In this document: piece after piece, positions 32,801 through 44,579 of the stretch
Layout of the letters: the number at the start of each line of letters is the position of its first letter
Numbering within the stretch: position 1 is the stretch's first letter
NCBI RefSeq assembly: GCF_032191835.1
Contig: NC_083229.1
Span: 75,454,001 to 75,518,000, forward strand
DNA: 64,000 nucleotides
Reading direction: 5' to 3'
DNA from: Heteronotia binoei
Taxonomy: Eukaryota
Notes under the pieces: model-generated
What the model was told of the DNA's origin: nothing
Seen by the model: the letters and a program-made list of their open reading frames with translations, nothing else
Database searches by the model: none
Translations under genes and position numbers: made by a program

Positions 32801-35800
32801 GATGATAGAGTGTGTAGTGGCAGAACAGCTCCAGGATTTCCAGAATAACACATCTGTCCTTGACCCATTTCAATTTGGTTTCAGACCTGATTTTGGTACC
32901 AAGACAGTTTTAGTTGCAGTGGTGGTCAATCTTTGTTGAAGTTGGATAGGGGACAATCATTCCTATGGACATTGTTGGACCTCTCAGTGGCCTTTGATAC
33001 AGTTAACCACTCCATTCTTATCCGTCGGCTTCAATATGGGGTAGGTATTAAGAGTATAAACCTTCTGCGGTTTCACTTTGTCTGACCAGACACAAAGAGT
33101 CTCCACTGGAGGTGGGGGTGGAATTTATCTTGTGGGGTACCACATCCACACTATTTAAAATATATTTGCGGTCTCTGAATGAGATTATCTGGAGCTTTGG
33201 GGTTGGGTGTTATCAATATGCAGATGACATATTTGGAGTCTTTGGTAACAAAATATACATCTGGGTGTCATTGATATGCAAATTATACCCAGCTCTATTT
33301 TTCATTATCCAACCTCCAGATGAATCCATCTTGGTTCTGAACCAGTGTTTGATAGCTTGATGTCTGGTGGTTAAGGAAGAACAAACTGAAGCTGAATCCA
33401 GACATTGATATTAGACAATGATACTAGACACAGAGATCCTGAAATATATTCAAGGCAGGTCTATGACTATTTGCTTCTGCTGGTCTAGGGCCTTCCTTCT
33501 CTCCTGCGAAAGAGGCAGCTCAGTGCCTCACCTGGTAGCCTCAGCTGGCACATTCCTGAGTGTGTAAATTCCTCCTTCTTTTCAATTTATACTATAATTA
33601 CACAAACACAGTGATATAAACATTACCCAATGAACACCACCACTCCTTTATAATTAGCAATCAATATTTAACCAATTGCATAACTCAATGATTTGATTGT
33701 GAAAGCTATGAACTATATGTCTATGAATGAAGCTATTGAAATTGGGTTCTGTATTACAGGCTGAAAACTGAGGTAAGACTTGAAACACCTTGGAATATCT
33801 AGAATGGGTGTCTATTGGAAAAGTGTAGAATCACTGTGGAGTCATATAATGGAACTTTAATTTATGGGGGGTGGGGGGGTTAAAGAAAATTATGAGAGAA
33901 GGATGTACACCAGCTAAGGATTGTACTAGTAGGAAATTTGTTTTTGTGCCTGAAATTTGTTAATGAACTTTGTCTATGTCTATTGTATAAACGCTTTATA
34001 CAAAGTGATATAAGAATTTGAGAATGGAATTGAATATACATTTAATCAAATTTGGAAATATTATTCTACTCAGTGGTCTTTTAATTGCCAGGGGCTAATA
34101 ACATAGCATGACAAATTCACATGGTAATATTTACAGTTGAGGAACTATCTCACACAAAAGCAGAAAAATCCATGTATTAAGTATAATGTTTAGACTAAGC
34201 TTTAATCATCATGAATCAGTGAAACCCAAGAACTGGGGTGTTTGTTTGCACAGCAGGAAACTTTCTTATAATGATTTCTGTTATAACAAAATCGCCTTTT
34301 GTAAACCCATTTCCCTTTCTTGTGAAATGAACAATTACATTTTTAATATGGCTTATGTCTCCTTGTTTAGTTATCTGATGTTTAATTCTAATTTAGAAAA
34401 TTTGTTTTGGATTTATAATTATTTGTTTTTATTTCCTGCTGATATATTGTAAGACATCATAGATTAAGGTTCTTTTCATATTCCACTGTCTCTTATTTAC
34501 CACCAACTGAAAATTTAAATGTAGATTGCTTTTCAGTCGTAGTTGATTAGAACAGGATTAGTCATGGTGGTCATGGTGCTAAATATGCTTAGGAAAGGTA
34601 AACAGCAGATTCTGCTATAAGTTCCTTTACCCATCATGGGTGTCTTTGAAATATGCTGCAATGCTTAACAGTTCAGATAGGAAAGTAACTAGAAATATTT
34701 GTTGCCAGAACAAGTGAACTGAATGACCTGGAAAAGGGAAGGCTTCAGAGTTTCAGTTACACAAATGATCACATATGTATTCATTTCACTGGAACAAATG
34801 TGATATAAGGAGTATAATTAGATGCAGAACTGCTATATCAGTGAGACTAGCAGAACGAAGGCATGACAAATTTATTTTGTACTGTAAGAGAGACAAAAAT
34901 TGTTTCTCCAAGATTATGATATAATGTGGGGATGTGCAATCACACTTTAACTTACTGAGTTAATTTGAATACACCTCAGTCTTTAATTATGGTAGTAGAG
35001 TAAATTACTCTATGGTAATAGAGTAAATTAGAGTAAATTCTATAGAAAAATAATATAAATTGATCATATTTAGTAAAATTCAGGTCTGTCCATTGTTCTG
35101 ATGCTAGGTTAACCAGCTTAGAAATCAATATGACTTAGAAGTCAGAGGGAAAGGATGTAAGGAAAGAGTGAGCAGAAACAGAACTGACAAAAATGCTCAT
35201 CAGTGAACAGAGGTACATGGAGAAATTTCTATTAAGGAACTGAGCTAACTTTTCCTTTCTGTAATATTGTTTATAACATTTATAACAATCACTTGCTTGG
35301 GAACTTATAGCCCAGGACTTCTTCTGGAATGCCAACTGATATGCAGAATACAGAAAATAGGGCCCAGAGAAAATGGCAATTTCAGAGCTTCATAGGAAGA
35401 AAAAACTGAAGCTCCAGAGCACACACTATAGAGTTCAGTGAAGGCCTAGGAAGTGGTAGTGAAAGCAGCAAAGAAATCTTACTTTTCTACCACCATTGCA
35501 TGTTAGTTCATATACAGTGCAATTGCTTAGGATTTCACCAAGTGACCTCTTTAATGATAGAGTCCCAAAGTGATAGTGATTTGTTATTCAGCTGTGATAT
35601 ATTTGTAAACTTCTTTGTGAGTTTAGTCTCAAAGCTTTGACTGGAATTCATCGCTAGTATTAATGCAAATAGTGTGACGGAGATTCCAAGGGCTTTGTCT
35701 GGTCTATTGATGGAGGCTGTAAGTAGTGATTAATGCCACAGTCATCTCTAGATTAGTGTTAGCCAAAATGCCTTTTTCAAATTAATTTGGGGAATTTTAG

Positions 35801-35979
35801 TCAATTAGGTAAGATGGCAAAAATTAGTGGGGTTTAGTAACCTATCTATATGAGAGTCAGTATTCCTCAAGAGCCCTTAAGTCATCAAAGATTTCAGGTT
35901 TTCACGGCTGGTAACATCATTAGGGTTTGTAGAGTCTTTCGGGATCAAATGCCATGTTCTACTGGAGAAAGTTTTCCTT

Positions 35980-36020
35980 CCAGACGTTTCGTTCTCAGCT
36001 GCGGAGAACATCCTCAGTGG
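35980..36020 (-). ncRNA. Minimal type I hammerhead ribozyme-like motif (Penelope pLTR)
   Basis: cca-CTGAGGA-t-GTTCTC-cgcagct-GAGAAC-GAAA-CGTC-tgg: CUGANGA core, 6-bp stem II, GAAA, palindromic ACGU stem III, GUC site. Confidence 0.6.
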
Positions 36021-36605
36021 CGTTGCAGCCGGAGCAGGCGCTCAGACCTTCTTGGCTGCTGTGCATTGAGTGGAGCCAGGGCTGCTGGAGAGCTACTATT
36101 TCTAGGCTGGAGGGGGTGTGATGAAAGGGCAATAGGTTTGTGGATGTGCCCATTGTTTGGTGGGGCTTCCTGGAAGGGTAGTGATAAGGAAACTGGCTGT
36201 TGAATGTGACCATTGTTCTGTGTTAATTGCTGGGAGGGTTGGAAGGGGTTTGAAGATAAGGAAGATGGTTGTTGACTGTGCTGATTGCTCTGTGGAATTT
36301 GCTGGTTGTTCTGAGACTTTCTGCAATTTATAGTCTGTAGGGTGTTTTGCAGAGCTGGGTACCAAGATTGATGGATGAAAATTCCAACCCTCCCAGCAAT
36401 TAACACAGAACAATGGTCACATTCAACAGCCAGTTTCCTTATCACTACCCTTCCAGGAAACCCCACCAAACAATGGGCACATCCACGAACCTATTGCCCT
36501 TTCATCACACCCCCTCCAGCCTAGAAATAACAGCTCTCCAGCAGCCCTGGCTCCACTCAATGCACAGCAGCCAAGAAGGTCTGAGCGCCTGCTCTGGCTG
36601 CAACG

Positions 36606-36646
36606 CCACTGAGGATGTTCTCCGCAGCTGAGAACGAAATGTCTGG
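36606..36646 (+). ncRNA. Second hammerhead-like motif (ACGT mutated to ATGT)
   Basis: CCACTGAGGATGTTCTCCGCAGCTGAGAACGAAATGTCTGG. Confidence 0.5.
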
Positions 36647-37984
36647 AAGAAAAACTTTCTCCAGTAGAACACGGCACTTGATCCCGAAAGACTCTACAAG
36701 CCCTTAAGTCAATGATGAGATTTTGGATATAAAGTAAATTAGTTTCATTCAAGGAAATTCAAGCATACAAGGGAAAATAATACATTCAGCACACACAGTT
36801 CAGAACCAGGAAAATAGCTAGAAAAGACAGGGATGTTTGCATTAGCAGGAGTATCGTTGGCGGTAATACATTACCTGTCCAGGCGAGAAAAAGATTCAGC
36901 AGTGAGAAGGAAGGCATGAGATGGCCAGCACCACGTGGAGAAAGGACCCAAAATGATCAGGAATAGGGGTGACTCCTTCAGCAAGGTAACTATCAAGAAA
37001 AAGTCACACCTGAATGGCAAGAAGATCTGCCTTATAGCCAATTTCATAACCTGGGGCAGGTTCTCATGATGGGATTTCCTGGCAGGTTAATGGTTCCCAG
37101 GAAATTTAACAGTAGTACCCAGGGAGTTATTAATGTGCCTCTGAATAAAAACATATACCAAATAAAGAAAACCAGAATGGACAATTTAGGTCTGATGGGT
37201 TGATGTGGTGACAGGGAATATGGGGGAAACAAAGGGATCTGGAAGGGTGGAGATGAGTAGCAGGATTTGGTTGATGATGAATATAAGATGATGAAATTAG
37301 TCCAATGATGTTCTATTGACAGAGGTGCTATTTTGAATTGGTGGCAGGAAGAGTCCTTTGCCCACCAGTAATCATTATGGTTGCCTCACATCAGTTCCTT
37401 TGACTTTGACTGGGCAGCTGACATCTGCATGATGCAAGGATCCTGGAATGCAGTATGTGGTGAAGACACAGTCTCATCATGGCTGCTGCAGGAAAATAGT
37501 GTGTCATTTTAAAATCTCCAGGAACATGGTTCCTCTAGGTCTGCTGTTGGTCTTGTCTTCTATGAAGACAGGGTTGCAGGCATCTGCAACAGGGACTGGG
37601 CAGCTAAGGAATGAAGCATGGTCTGAAGTCCTTGAAGTTTATATGGGCAAAGCAGCCCACAGCATAATAGTTCCAGCGATGGGTGCTTGAACCTGGTTTG
37701 GATCAGCACCACTGCAGTGTGAGAGGGTCAAATACCCCAAAAGCTGGACTGGCATGACTGCCAATCTGTATATAGTACAAAGTCAAGTGTGGGGGTTTCT
37801 GGAAATCATGGCTCTTTTGCAACACTAGACTATTACAATTTGTACTACTCAGGGCTGCCCTTGAAGATGCACCAGAAGCTTCACATTATCCAGAATGCAG
37901 CTGGTAGGTTTTTGACCAATGCATTATAGATCCAAAACTGCTTACTTTGTTGTAAACCAATTGGGGGAACACAGTATATGAACA

Positions 37985-38674
37985 AAAAAATCACAAACAA
38001 AACGGTGAACAAACAAATAAAGCAATTGTAATTATTATGAAATAGAAACCAAGTCTAATATAGAAAGTTTACAATAATGATATGTCACAATATAAGTATA
38101 TGATAACACGAATTCCGAAGATGCCAGAAGCACAGACGTTGTAAGAAATATACAGTAGGGAAGTCCTCCTGCACACTGCTAAAATTCAATATAACAAATG
38201 CAACCACCTTTATAAGTTACAACAAGCACAACAAAATGCCCAGCTGTAAATGCTATCAATGTGACTTCTAGAGGCAGTTGCATGCTGATTATTGTTAGCT
38301 CTTCTCATGTACAAGAATTGGTCAAGATTAAAGAAGAGATGTCAGTTTTGGGGGGGGGGGGGGAAGTTCTACTTGAAACAAGCTTTATATTGCATGCCAG
38401 TCCCGCAATGTAAGAGAAGTCCTCCTTGGGTTCTTACGAACTTTTCCAGAGACATTTCTCCTATGGCTATTGAATTGTTGCTGTGTGTGGAAGAACTTCC
38501 CTACTGTATATTTCTTGCAACAACTGTGCTTCTAGTATCTTTGGAATTTGTCTGAGCATATAGTTTTGTTGTGACTTGTATCATTATTGTAAACTTTTTA
38601 TATTAGACTTGTTTTCTACTTCATAATAGTTATAGTTGTTTTATTTATTTGATCACAGTTTTGTTTGTGATTAC
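37985..38674. repeat. Old fold-back element with ~200-bp diverged inverted arms (~37985-38190 and ~38470-38674)
   Basis: AAGAAATATACAGTAGGGAAG versus CTTCCCTACTGTATATTTCTT; AAGTCTAATAT..AAAGTTTACAATAATGATA also present inverted. Confidence 0.65.
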
Positions 38675-38841
38675 CAGGGCTTTTTTGTAGCAGGAACTCA
38701 TTTGTATATTAGGCCACACCCCACTCATGTAGCCAATGCTCCTGGAGCTTACAGTAAGCCCTGTAAGCTCTCGGAGGGTTTGCTACATCAGGAATGTGTG
38801 GCCTAATATGCAAAGGAGTTCCTGCTACAAAAAAGGCCCTG
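38675..38841. mobile_element. Complete 167-bp hAT-superfamily MITE
   Basis: Long TIRs (CAGGGCTTTTTTGTAGCAGGAACTC / GAGTTCCTGCTACAAAAAAGGCCCTG) and perfect 8-bp TSD GTGATTAC (38667-38674, 38842-38849). Confidence 0.9.
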
Positions 38842-40499
38842 GTGATTACTTTGTTGTAAGGCAACCAAAGCCTCAGTTGTTGAGAGAGTTGTGGAATATA
38901 AATTTGACAAAATAAATAGAGTGGCTACAGAAGGTAGATACTCTAGGAATCCTGTTTCATCTTTGATATACCATAGAAACTAGTAGAAATTGATTCATCA
39001 CCCATAAAGGTACTATAGGCCAGAGGCTGGTTAGGATTGCAAAAAGGAGACCTTAGTTTGATTCTCTATAAACAGTGGCCTCTATCTTGATTTGATGCCC
39101 TCTGAATACACATACTAGTAAGGGGACCACCTCAGGTGGGGAAAAGTAACATAGCTAGAAGTGACATTATTTATTAAGATGAATGTTAGCTACTGCCTAT
39201 TGCTGGGAATGAGATAGGTTTCCTAGTAGGAAAGAAGATCACTCACTCCAGGCTCCTCTTCTCCACTGTTGTTTCTGCAGGTGGTGTGAGAAAGCAAAAG
39301 TTGTTGGTGATGGCATGACATCAGTTCAGGGGAAAACCCAAAAGTAATGTCAGTCTACTCTAGAAATTGCAGTTTATTCCTAGATAGGCATGATGGCACT
39401 TTCAGGTTTTCCATGGAAATCACATTATTACCCAACTGTATGCCCTATGTCCCATTCTCCCAGACTCCTTCCAGTTGCCTGGCAACCCTAGATTTAGAGC
39501 TGCTGGCAGTGTAATTAACACAGCAATGATGCACAGCCTGATTAAAGAGTAGATAAAGGTTTTTTTAGGAACTAATATACTTGACAGTAAAAAGGAGAGA
39601 CAGAGATAGGTTCCTCGCAACATCTCTATTTGAAAGAGTGGCAGAAACTAAGTGTGGAACTTCCATGAAGAAGAAGGAAATTGCCCTAAGAGTAGCAATC
39701 TGGAATGGCAAGGAATGACCCTTAATAGGAGAGAAGGTGCTGACTATCATATCTAATTGTCTTCTTGTTGCACCTGTCAGGGTTTTCTTTGTATACCAGA
39801 AATTGTCTTAACCAACAAAAGCAAGTATCGAATTTTAATTAGTCTGTTACATTTTTATCCCTTTCTGCAAGCTGTTCAGAATAACGTAATAGTCATTTTT
39901 GTCCACACTGAGGCCATATGCAACTGCAAGATATGTTGTGGTGTTTTCTGGGGCCATACAACACTAAACCCCACCCCCATGCTCCTGGGAGTTGCCAGTC
40001 TTTGCATCTCACAGCTGCTATCAGACCCTCATAGGGGTTTTTTATTTAAAAAAACAAGCAAAAAACTACAAAGGCCACCACCCTCTCATTCATATCTAAA
40101 GAAGGGGCTCTGTTATCACCATTAAGTGAGTGCCGGTGAGGAAAATTAAGCTGGGCTCACTCCTTTTCCATAACCCAGTTTACTCTGCTTCTTAAAGCAT
40201 TTTTACCTCAGTCAGGCTTACTTCACTACTAGGGTGGCCAGACCGTCCCGGTCTCCCGGGACTTTCCCGGTTCTGGCCCCCAATTCCCGGCTCCCGGGCT
40301 GGGTATACCGGGACCATTAGAGGTCCCGGTTTAGCTAGCCAGAGAGCCGGGGGCCGCGCGCGCGGGCGGGGAAGGCGGCGAGTGAGGGAGGGAGCGACCC
40401 TGCGCGTGCGCAGATTGCCCTGCGCGTGCGCAGATTGCCCTGCGCATGCGCAGGGACGCTCCCTCCCTTACTCACTGCCTTCCCCGCCCGCGCACGGGG

Positions 40500-41465
40500 C
40501 CCGGCGGTGGCGGCGGAGGCCCGGGAGGGCGTCGGAAAGGCCCGCGCTGGTCGCTGGAGGGCCTCCAGCGACCACCGCGGGCCTTTCCGAGGCTTCCCCG
40601 GCCTCTACCACCCCCCCCGGTGCTCCTCCGCCCGGGAGGGCGTCGGAAAGGCCCGCGCTGGTCGCTGGAGGGCCTCCAGCGACCACCGCGGGCCTTTCCG
40701 ACGCTTCCCTGGCCTCTACCACCCCCCCTGTGCTCCTTCACCCGGGAGGGTGTCGGAAAGGCCCGCGCTGGTCGCTGGAGGGCCTCCAGCGACCACCGCG
40801 GGCCTTTCTGAGGCTTCCCCGGCCTCTACCACCACCCCCGGTGCTCCTCCGCCCGGGAGGGCGTCGTAAAGGCCCGCGCTGGTCGCTGGAGGGCCTCCAG
40901 CGACCACCGCGGGCCTTTCCGACGCTTCCCCGGCCTCTACCACCACCCCCCCCCCGGTGCTCCTCCGCCCGGGAGGGCGTCGGAAAGGCCCGCGCTGGTC
41001 GCTGGAGGGCCTCCAGCGACCACCGCAGGCCTTTCCGAGGCTTCCCCGGCCTCTACCACCCCCCCCCCGGTGCTCCTCCGCCTGGGAGGGCGTCGGAAAG
41101 GCCCGCGCTGGTCGCTGGAGGGCCTCCAGCGACCACCGCGGGCCTTTCTGACGCTTCCCCGACCTCTACCACCCCCCCGGTGCTCCTCCGCCCGGGAGGG
41201 CGTCGGAAAGGCCCGCGCTGGTCGCTGGAGGGCCTCCAGTGACCACCACGGGCCTTTCCGAGGCTTCCCCGGCCTCTACCACCCCCCCCGGTGCTCCTCC
41301 GCCCGGGAGGGCGTCGGAAAGGCCCGCGCTGGTCGCTGGAGGGCCTCCAGCGACCACCGCGGGCCTTTCCGACGCTTCCCCGGCCTCTACCACCCCCCCC
41401 GGTGCTGGCGGAGGCCCGGGAGGGCATCGGAAAGGCCTCTTCGCCGCCGCCGTAGGTAAGGGGGC
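40500..41465. repeat. GC-rich ~110-115 bp minisatellite, 8 full units plus a partial one, each with a ~65-nt hairpin
   Basis: Unit starts near 40521, 40631, 40741, 40852, 40968, 41081, 41191, 41302, 41415. Core TCGGAAAGGCCCGCG-ctggtcgctggagg...cctccagcgacca-cCGCGGGCCTTTCCGA. Confidence 0.9.
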
Positions 41466-41486
41466 CGAAAGCGGAGGGTGGGGGCT

Positions 41487-41894
41487 NNNNNNNNNNNNNN
41501 NNNNNNNNNNNNNNNNNNNNNNNNNNNNNNNNNNNNNNNNNNNNNNNNNNNNNNNNNNNNNNNNNNNNNNNNNNNNNNNNNNNNNNNNNNNNNNNNNNNN
41601 NNNNNNNNNNNNNNNNNNNNNNNNNNNNNNNNNNNNNNNNNNNNNNNNNNNNNNNNNNNNNNNNNNNNNNNNNNNNNNNNNNNNNNNNNNNNNNNNNNNN
41701 NNNNNNNNNNNNNNNNNNNNNNNNNNNNNNNNNNNNNNNNNNNNNNNNNNNNNNNNNNNNNNNNNNNNNNNNNNNNNNNNNNNNNNNNNNNNNNNNNNNN
41801 NNNNNNNNNNNNNNNNNNNNNNNNNNNNNNNNNNNNNNNNNNNNNNNNNNNNNNNNNNNNNNNNNNNNNNNNNNNNNNNNNNNNNNNNNNNNNN
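41487..41894. other. Assembly gap (408 N)
   Basis: Run of N. Confidence 1.
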
Positions 41895-42490
41895 CCCAGA
41901 GTGTTGGACTGGATGGGCCACTGGCCTGATCCAACAGGGCTTCTCTTATGTTCTTATGTGACGCAGAGTGTTGGACTGGATGGGCCACTGGCCTGATCCA
42001 ACAGGGCTTCTCTTATGTTGTTATGTGACGCAGAGTGTTGGACTGGATGGGCCACTGGCCTGATCCAACAGGGCTTCTCTTATGTTGTTATGTGACGCAG
42101 AGTGTTGGACTGGATGGGCCACTGGCCTGATCCAACAGGGCTTCTCTTATGTTCTTATGTGACGCAGAGTGTTGGACTGGATGGGCCACTGGCCTGATCC
42201 AACAGGGCTTCTCTTATGTTCTTATGTGACGCAGAGTGTTGGACTGGATGGGCCACTGGCCTGATCCAACAGGGCTTCTCTTATGTTCTTATGTGACGCA
42301 GAGTGTTGGACTGGATGGGCCACTGGCCTGATCCAACAGGGCTTCTCTTATGTTCTTATGTGACGCAGAGTGTTGGACTGGATGGGCCACTGGCCTGATC
42401 CAACAGGGCTTCTCTTATGTTCTTATGTGACGCAGAGTGTTGGACTGGATGGGCCACTGGCCTGATCCAACAGGGCTTCTCTTATGTGAC
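41895..42490 (+). repeat. 67-bp tandem array (~9 copies) of a CR1-type 3' terminus
   Basis: Unit GCAGAGTGTTGGACTGGATGGGCCACTGGCCTGATCCAACAGGGCTTCTCTTATGTTCTTATGTGAC, period 67 (41963, 42030, 42097...). Confidence 0.9.
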
Positions 42491-42620
42491 AATACTGACT
42501 TTGGTGGACCCAAGCACTGATTCAGTGTAAGGGAGCTTTGTGTTTGTGACTGGAGTAGACAATACTGACTTTGGTGGACCCAAGCACTGATTCAGTGTAA
42601 GGGAGCTTTGTGTTTGTGTC
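42488..42620. repeat. 70-bp period duplication (2 copies)
   Basis: GACAATACTGACTTTGGTGGACCCAAGCACTGATTCAGTGTAAGGGAGCTTTGTGTTTGTG at 42488 and 42558. Confidence 0.85.
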
Positions 42621-42628
42621 TTCTAGTG

Positions 42629-43535
42629 CAATTTTGTTCTCAGATCCTGTATTTACTTCATCAGTATATGGGATAAGGCACTTTCTCAACTGTGCTGCAT
42701 AATGCAGCCTATTTATTTTGTCCTGTTGGCTCTGTTGGCTCTATCTGCGCCACCTTCATCACTTTCGGGGTGTGGATCCCCCAGTGGAGTGGTCTCCCGA
42801 CTCCCTCCGCCGGCTGTTTCTGATAGCCCTGCGCCCCCTCTTTCATTTGATATGTGTCCCGTGCGGGTGCCACCCTCCCGCCGGGAGATGCCGCAAAATG
42901 AGTCCCCTTGAGGCTTATGGCGGCAGGGCTCGGGGGAAGCGAGCTAGACTGCTGTTCTTTTGAGGGGTTATAGAGTGTTTCGAGCCCGTCCCTGTGGCAT
43001 CGGTCCCATCATTGTGGGGCCCAGGGGGCCGGCGCAGCGGCACGCTGAAGCAGCCTGTCGGTCACTTCCGGGTTCCTGTCCTGCATCTCGACCGGTGTTA
43101 TTAGTGACAGGCTGCTTCGGCGTGCCGCTGCGCCGCCCCCTGGGTCCCACAACGATGGGACCGATGCCACAGGGACGGGCTCGAAACACTCTATAACCCC
43201 TCAAAAGAACAGCAGTCTAGCTCGCTTCCCCCGAGCCCTGCCGCCATAAGCCTCAAGGGGGCTCATTTTGCGGCATCTCCCGACGGGAGGGTGGCACCCG
43301 CACGGGACACATATCAAATGAAAGAGGGGGCGCAGGGCTATCAGAAACAGTCAGCGGAGGGAGTCGGGAGACCACCCCACTGGGGGATCCACACCCCGAA
43401 AGTGATGAAGGTGGCGCAGATAGAGCCAACAGAGCCAACAGGACAAAATAAATAGGCTGCATTATGCAGCACAGTTGAGAAAGTGCCTTATCCCATATAC
43501 TGATGAAGTATATACAGGATTTGAGAACAAAATTG
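42629..43535. repeat. ~907-bp palindrome: ~430-bp near-identical inverted arms with a ~46-bp spacer (~43060-43105)
   Basis: CAATTTTGTTCTCAGATCCTGTATTTACTTC... mirrors ...GAAGTATATACAGGATTTGAGAACAAAATTG. Mirror-image ORFs 42702-42911(+)/43253-43462(-) and 42960-43196(+)/42968-43204(-). Confidence 0.95.
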
Positions 43536-44579
43536 TTTCCGGCGGTGATATTTGGGGGATTTTTGGGGACGTCACAGGAAGTGCTGTGAAGTCACTTCCT
43601 GTTTCCGGCAGTGGCATTTGGGGGAAATGATGTCATTTGGGGGAAATGATGTCACAGGAAGTGATGCCACTTCCTGTTTCCGGTGGTGGCATGACGTCAC
43701 CGGAAGTGACGTCACTTCCTGTTTCCGGCGGCGCGCGCACTTCGCGCACGCGCACCCCTACCTCCCCCCCCCCCCAGTGTCCCTGGCTAGCCTTCAGACA
43801 TTATGGTCACCCTATTCACTACTGAAGCTGAGTTGGGGGGGGGGGGCGGGATGCTTCAAACAACACAGCACAGTGAAGTGGACACAAGACAGGGCAGAGT
43901 TTAATTTCCCATGCCTCAACACTACACTTTTGTTTACAGATTGACATATTGCCCCCTGCTTTACATGTAAGGTGGATTCATCCAAATGGGTTCCTTAATT
44001 AGTATTATTTGTGTCTACTACTTCCTTTCTTGAGCTGCCAATGGTTTGCCTCAGCCTACTGTGTAAATAAATAAATAAATAATCACCCCACAAAACAGGA
44101 ACAAACTATTCCTGAATTTTGACTCAAAGGCACGGCCAGCTCACCCACTAGGCAAACTAGACATTTGCCTAGGGCGTTGGCAGGGCATGTGTGTGTGCCA
44201 AATTGGCCCTCCCTCTCTCCATGCCCTAGACAAATTCCTAGTTTGCCTCTTCCTCTGCCCTCCTGCCCTTTCCAGCTCACCCACTGGCCCGTCCCCTCCT
44301 CAGTAGCTCACACGCCATCCTCTTCCTCCTCCCACCCAGCCCTTTTCCTCCTCAGTAGCCTGCCTGCCCCTTCCCCCCAATAGCTTGCCTGCCATCCTCT
44401 TCCTCCACCCACCTGGCTCTTCTCCTCCTCCTGGCTCCTCCTGGCTCACCCCTTCCCCCCCCCTCACTCACTCACTATCTTCTTCCTCCACCTGGCCCTT
44501 CCCCTTCTACATAGCTTGCCAAACCCATTTCCTCTCTGTGAGCTTCCCAGAGGCCACCTCTCCTCCCCAGCATGCTCAC

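Larger units (their letters stand above)
30860..33410 (+). mobile_element. Degraded L2 LINE ORF2 (APE to RT), interrupted by a Rex1/Babar insertion
   Basis: IMVLGDF (APE), YRPVSNLPFL / KMIECVVAEQL...LDPFQFGFRP...TVL, LDLSVAFDTV, YADD remnants. Confidence 0.7.
35885..36698 (-). mobile_element. 5'-truncated Penelope-like element with an inverted pseudo-LTR
   Basis: Inverted repeat ~35926-36239 versus ~36385-36698. Flanking direct repeat AGCCCTTAAGTCA (35872-35884, 36699-36711). ORF-end-like GIFIHQSWYPALQ on the minus strand. Hammerhead-like motifs in both arms. Confidence 0.7.
40230..43814. mobile_element. Composite non-autonomous hAT element (TAGGGTGRCCA termini) filled with repeats; spans an assembly gap
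   Basis: TIR TAGGGTGGCCA / TGGTCACCCTA and perfect 8-bp TSD TTCACTAC (40222-40229, 43815-43822). No transposase ORF in the visible sequence. Confidence 0.85.

Noticed and set aside
40382-41459. Several long Pro/Arg/Gly-rich ORFs on both strands
   Set aside because: By-products of a GC-rich tandem repeat with few stops; no domain motifs.
41053-41996. ORFs containing runs of X
   Set aside because: They span the N gap and are artefacts.
40500-42490. CRISPR-like appearance of regular repeats
   Set aside because: Units are head-to-tail with no unique spacers, there are no cas genes, and the context is eukaryotic.
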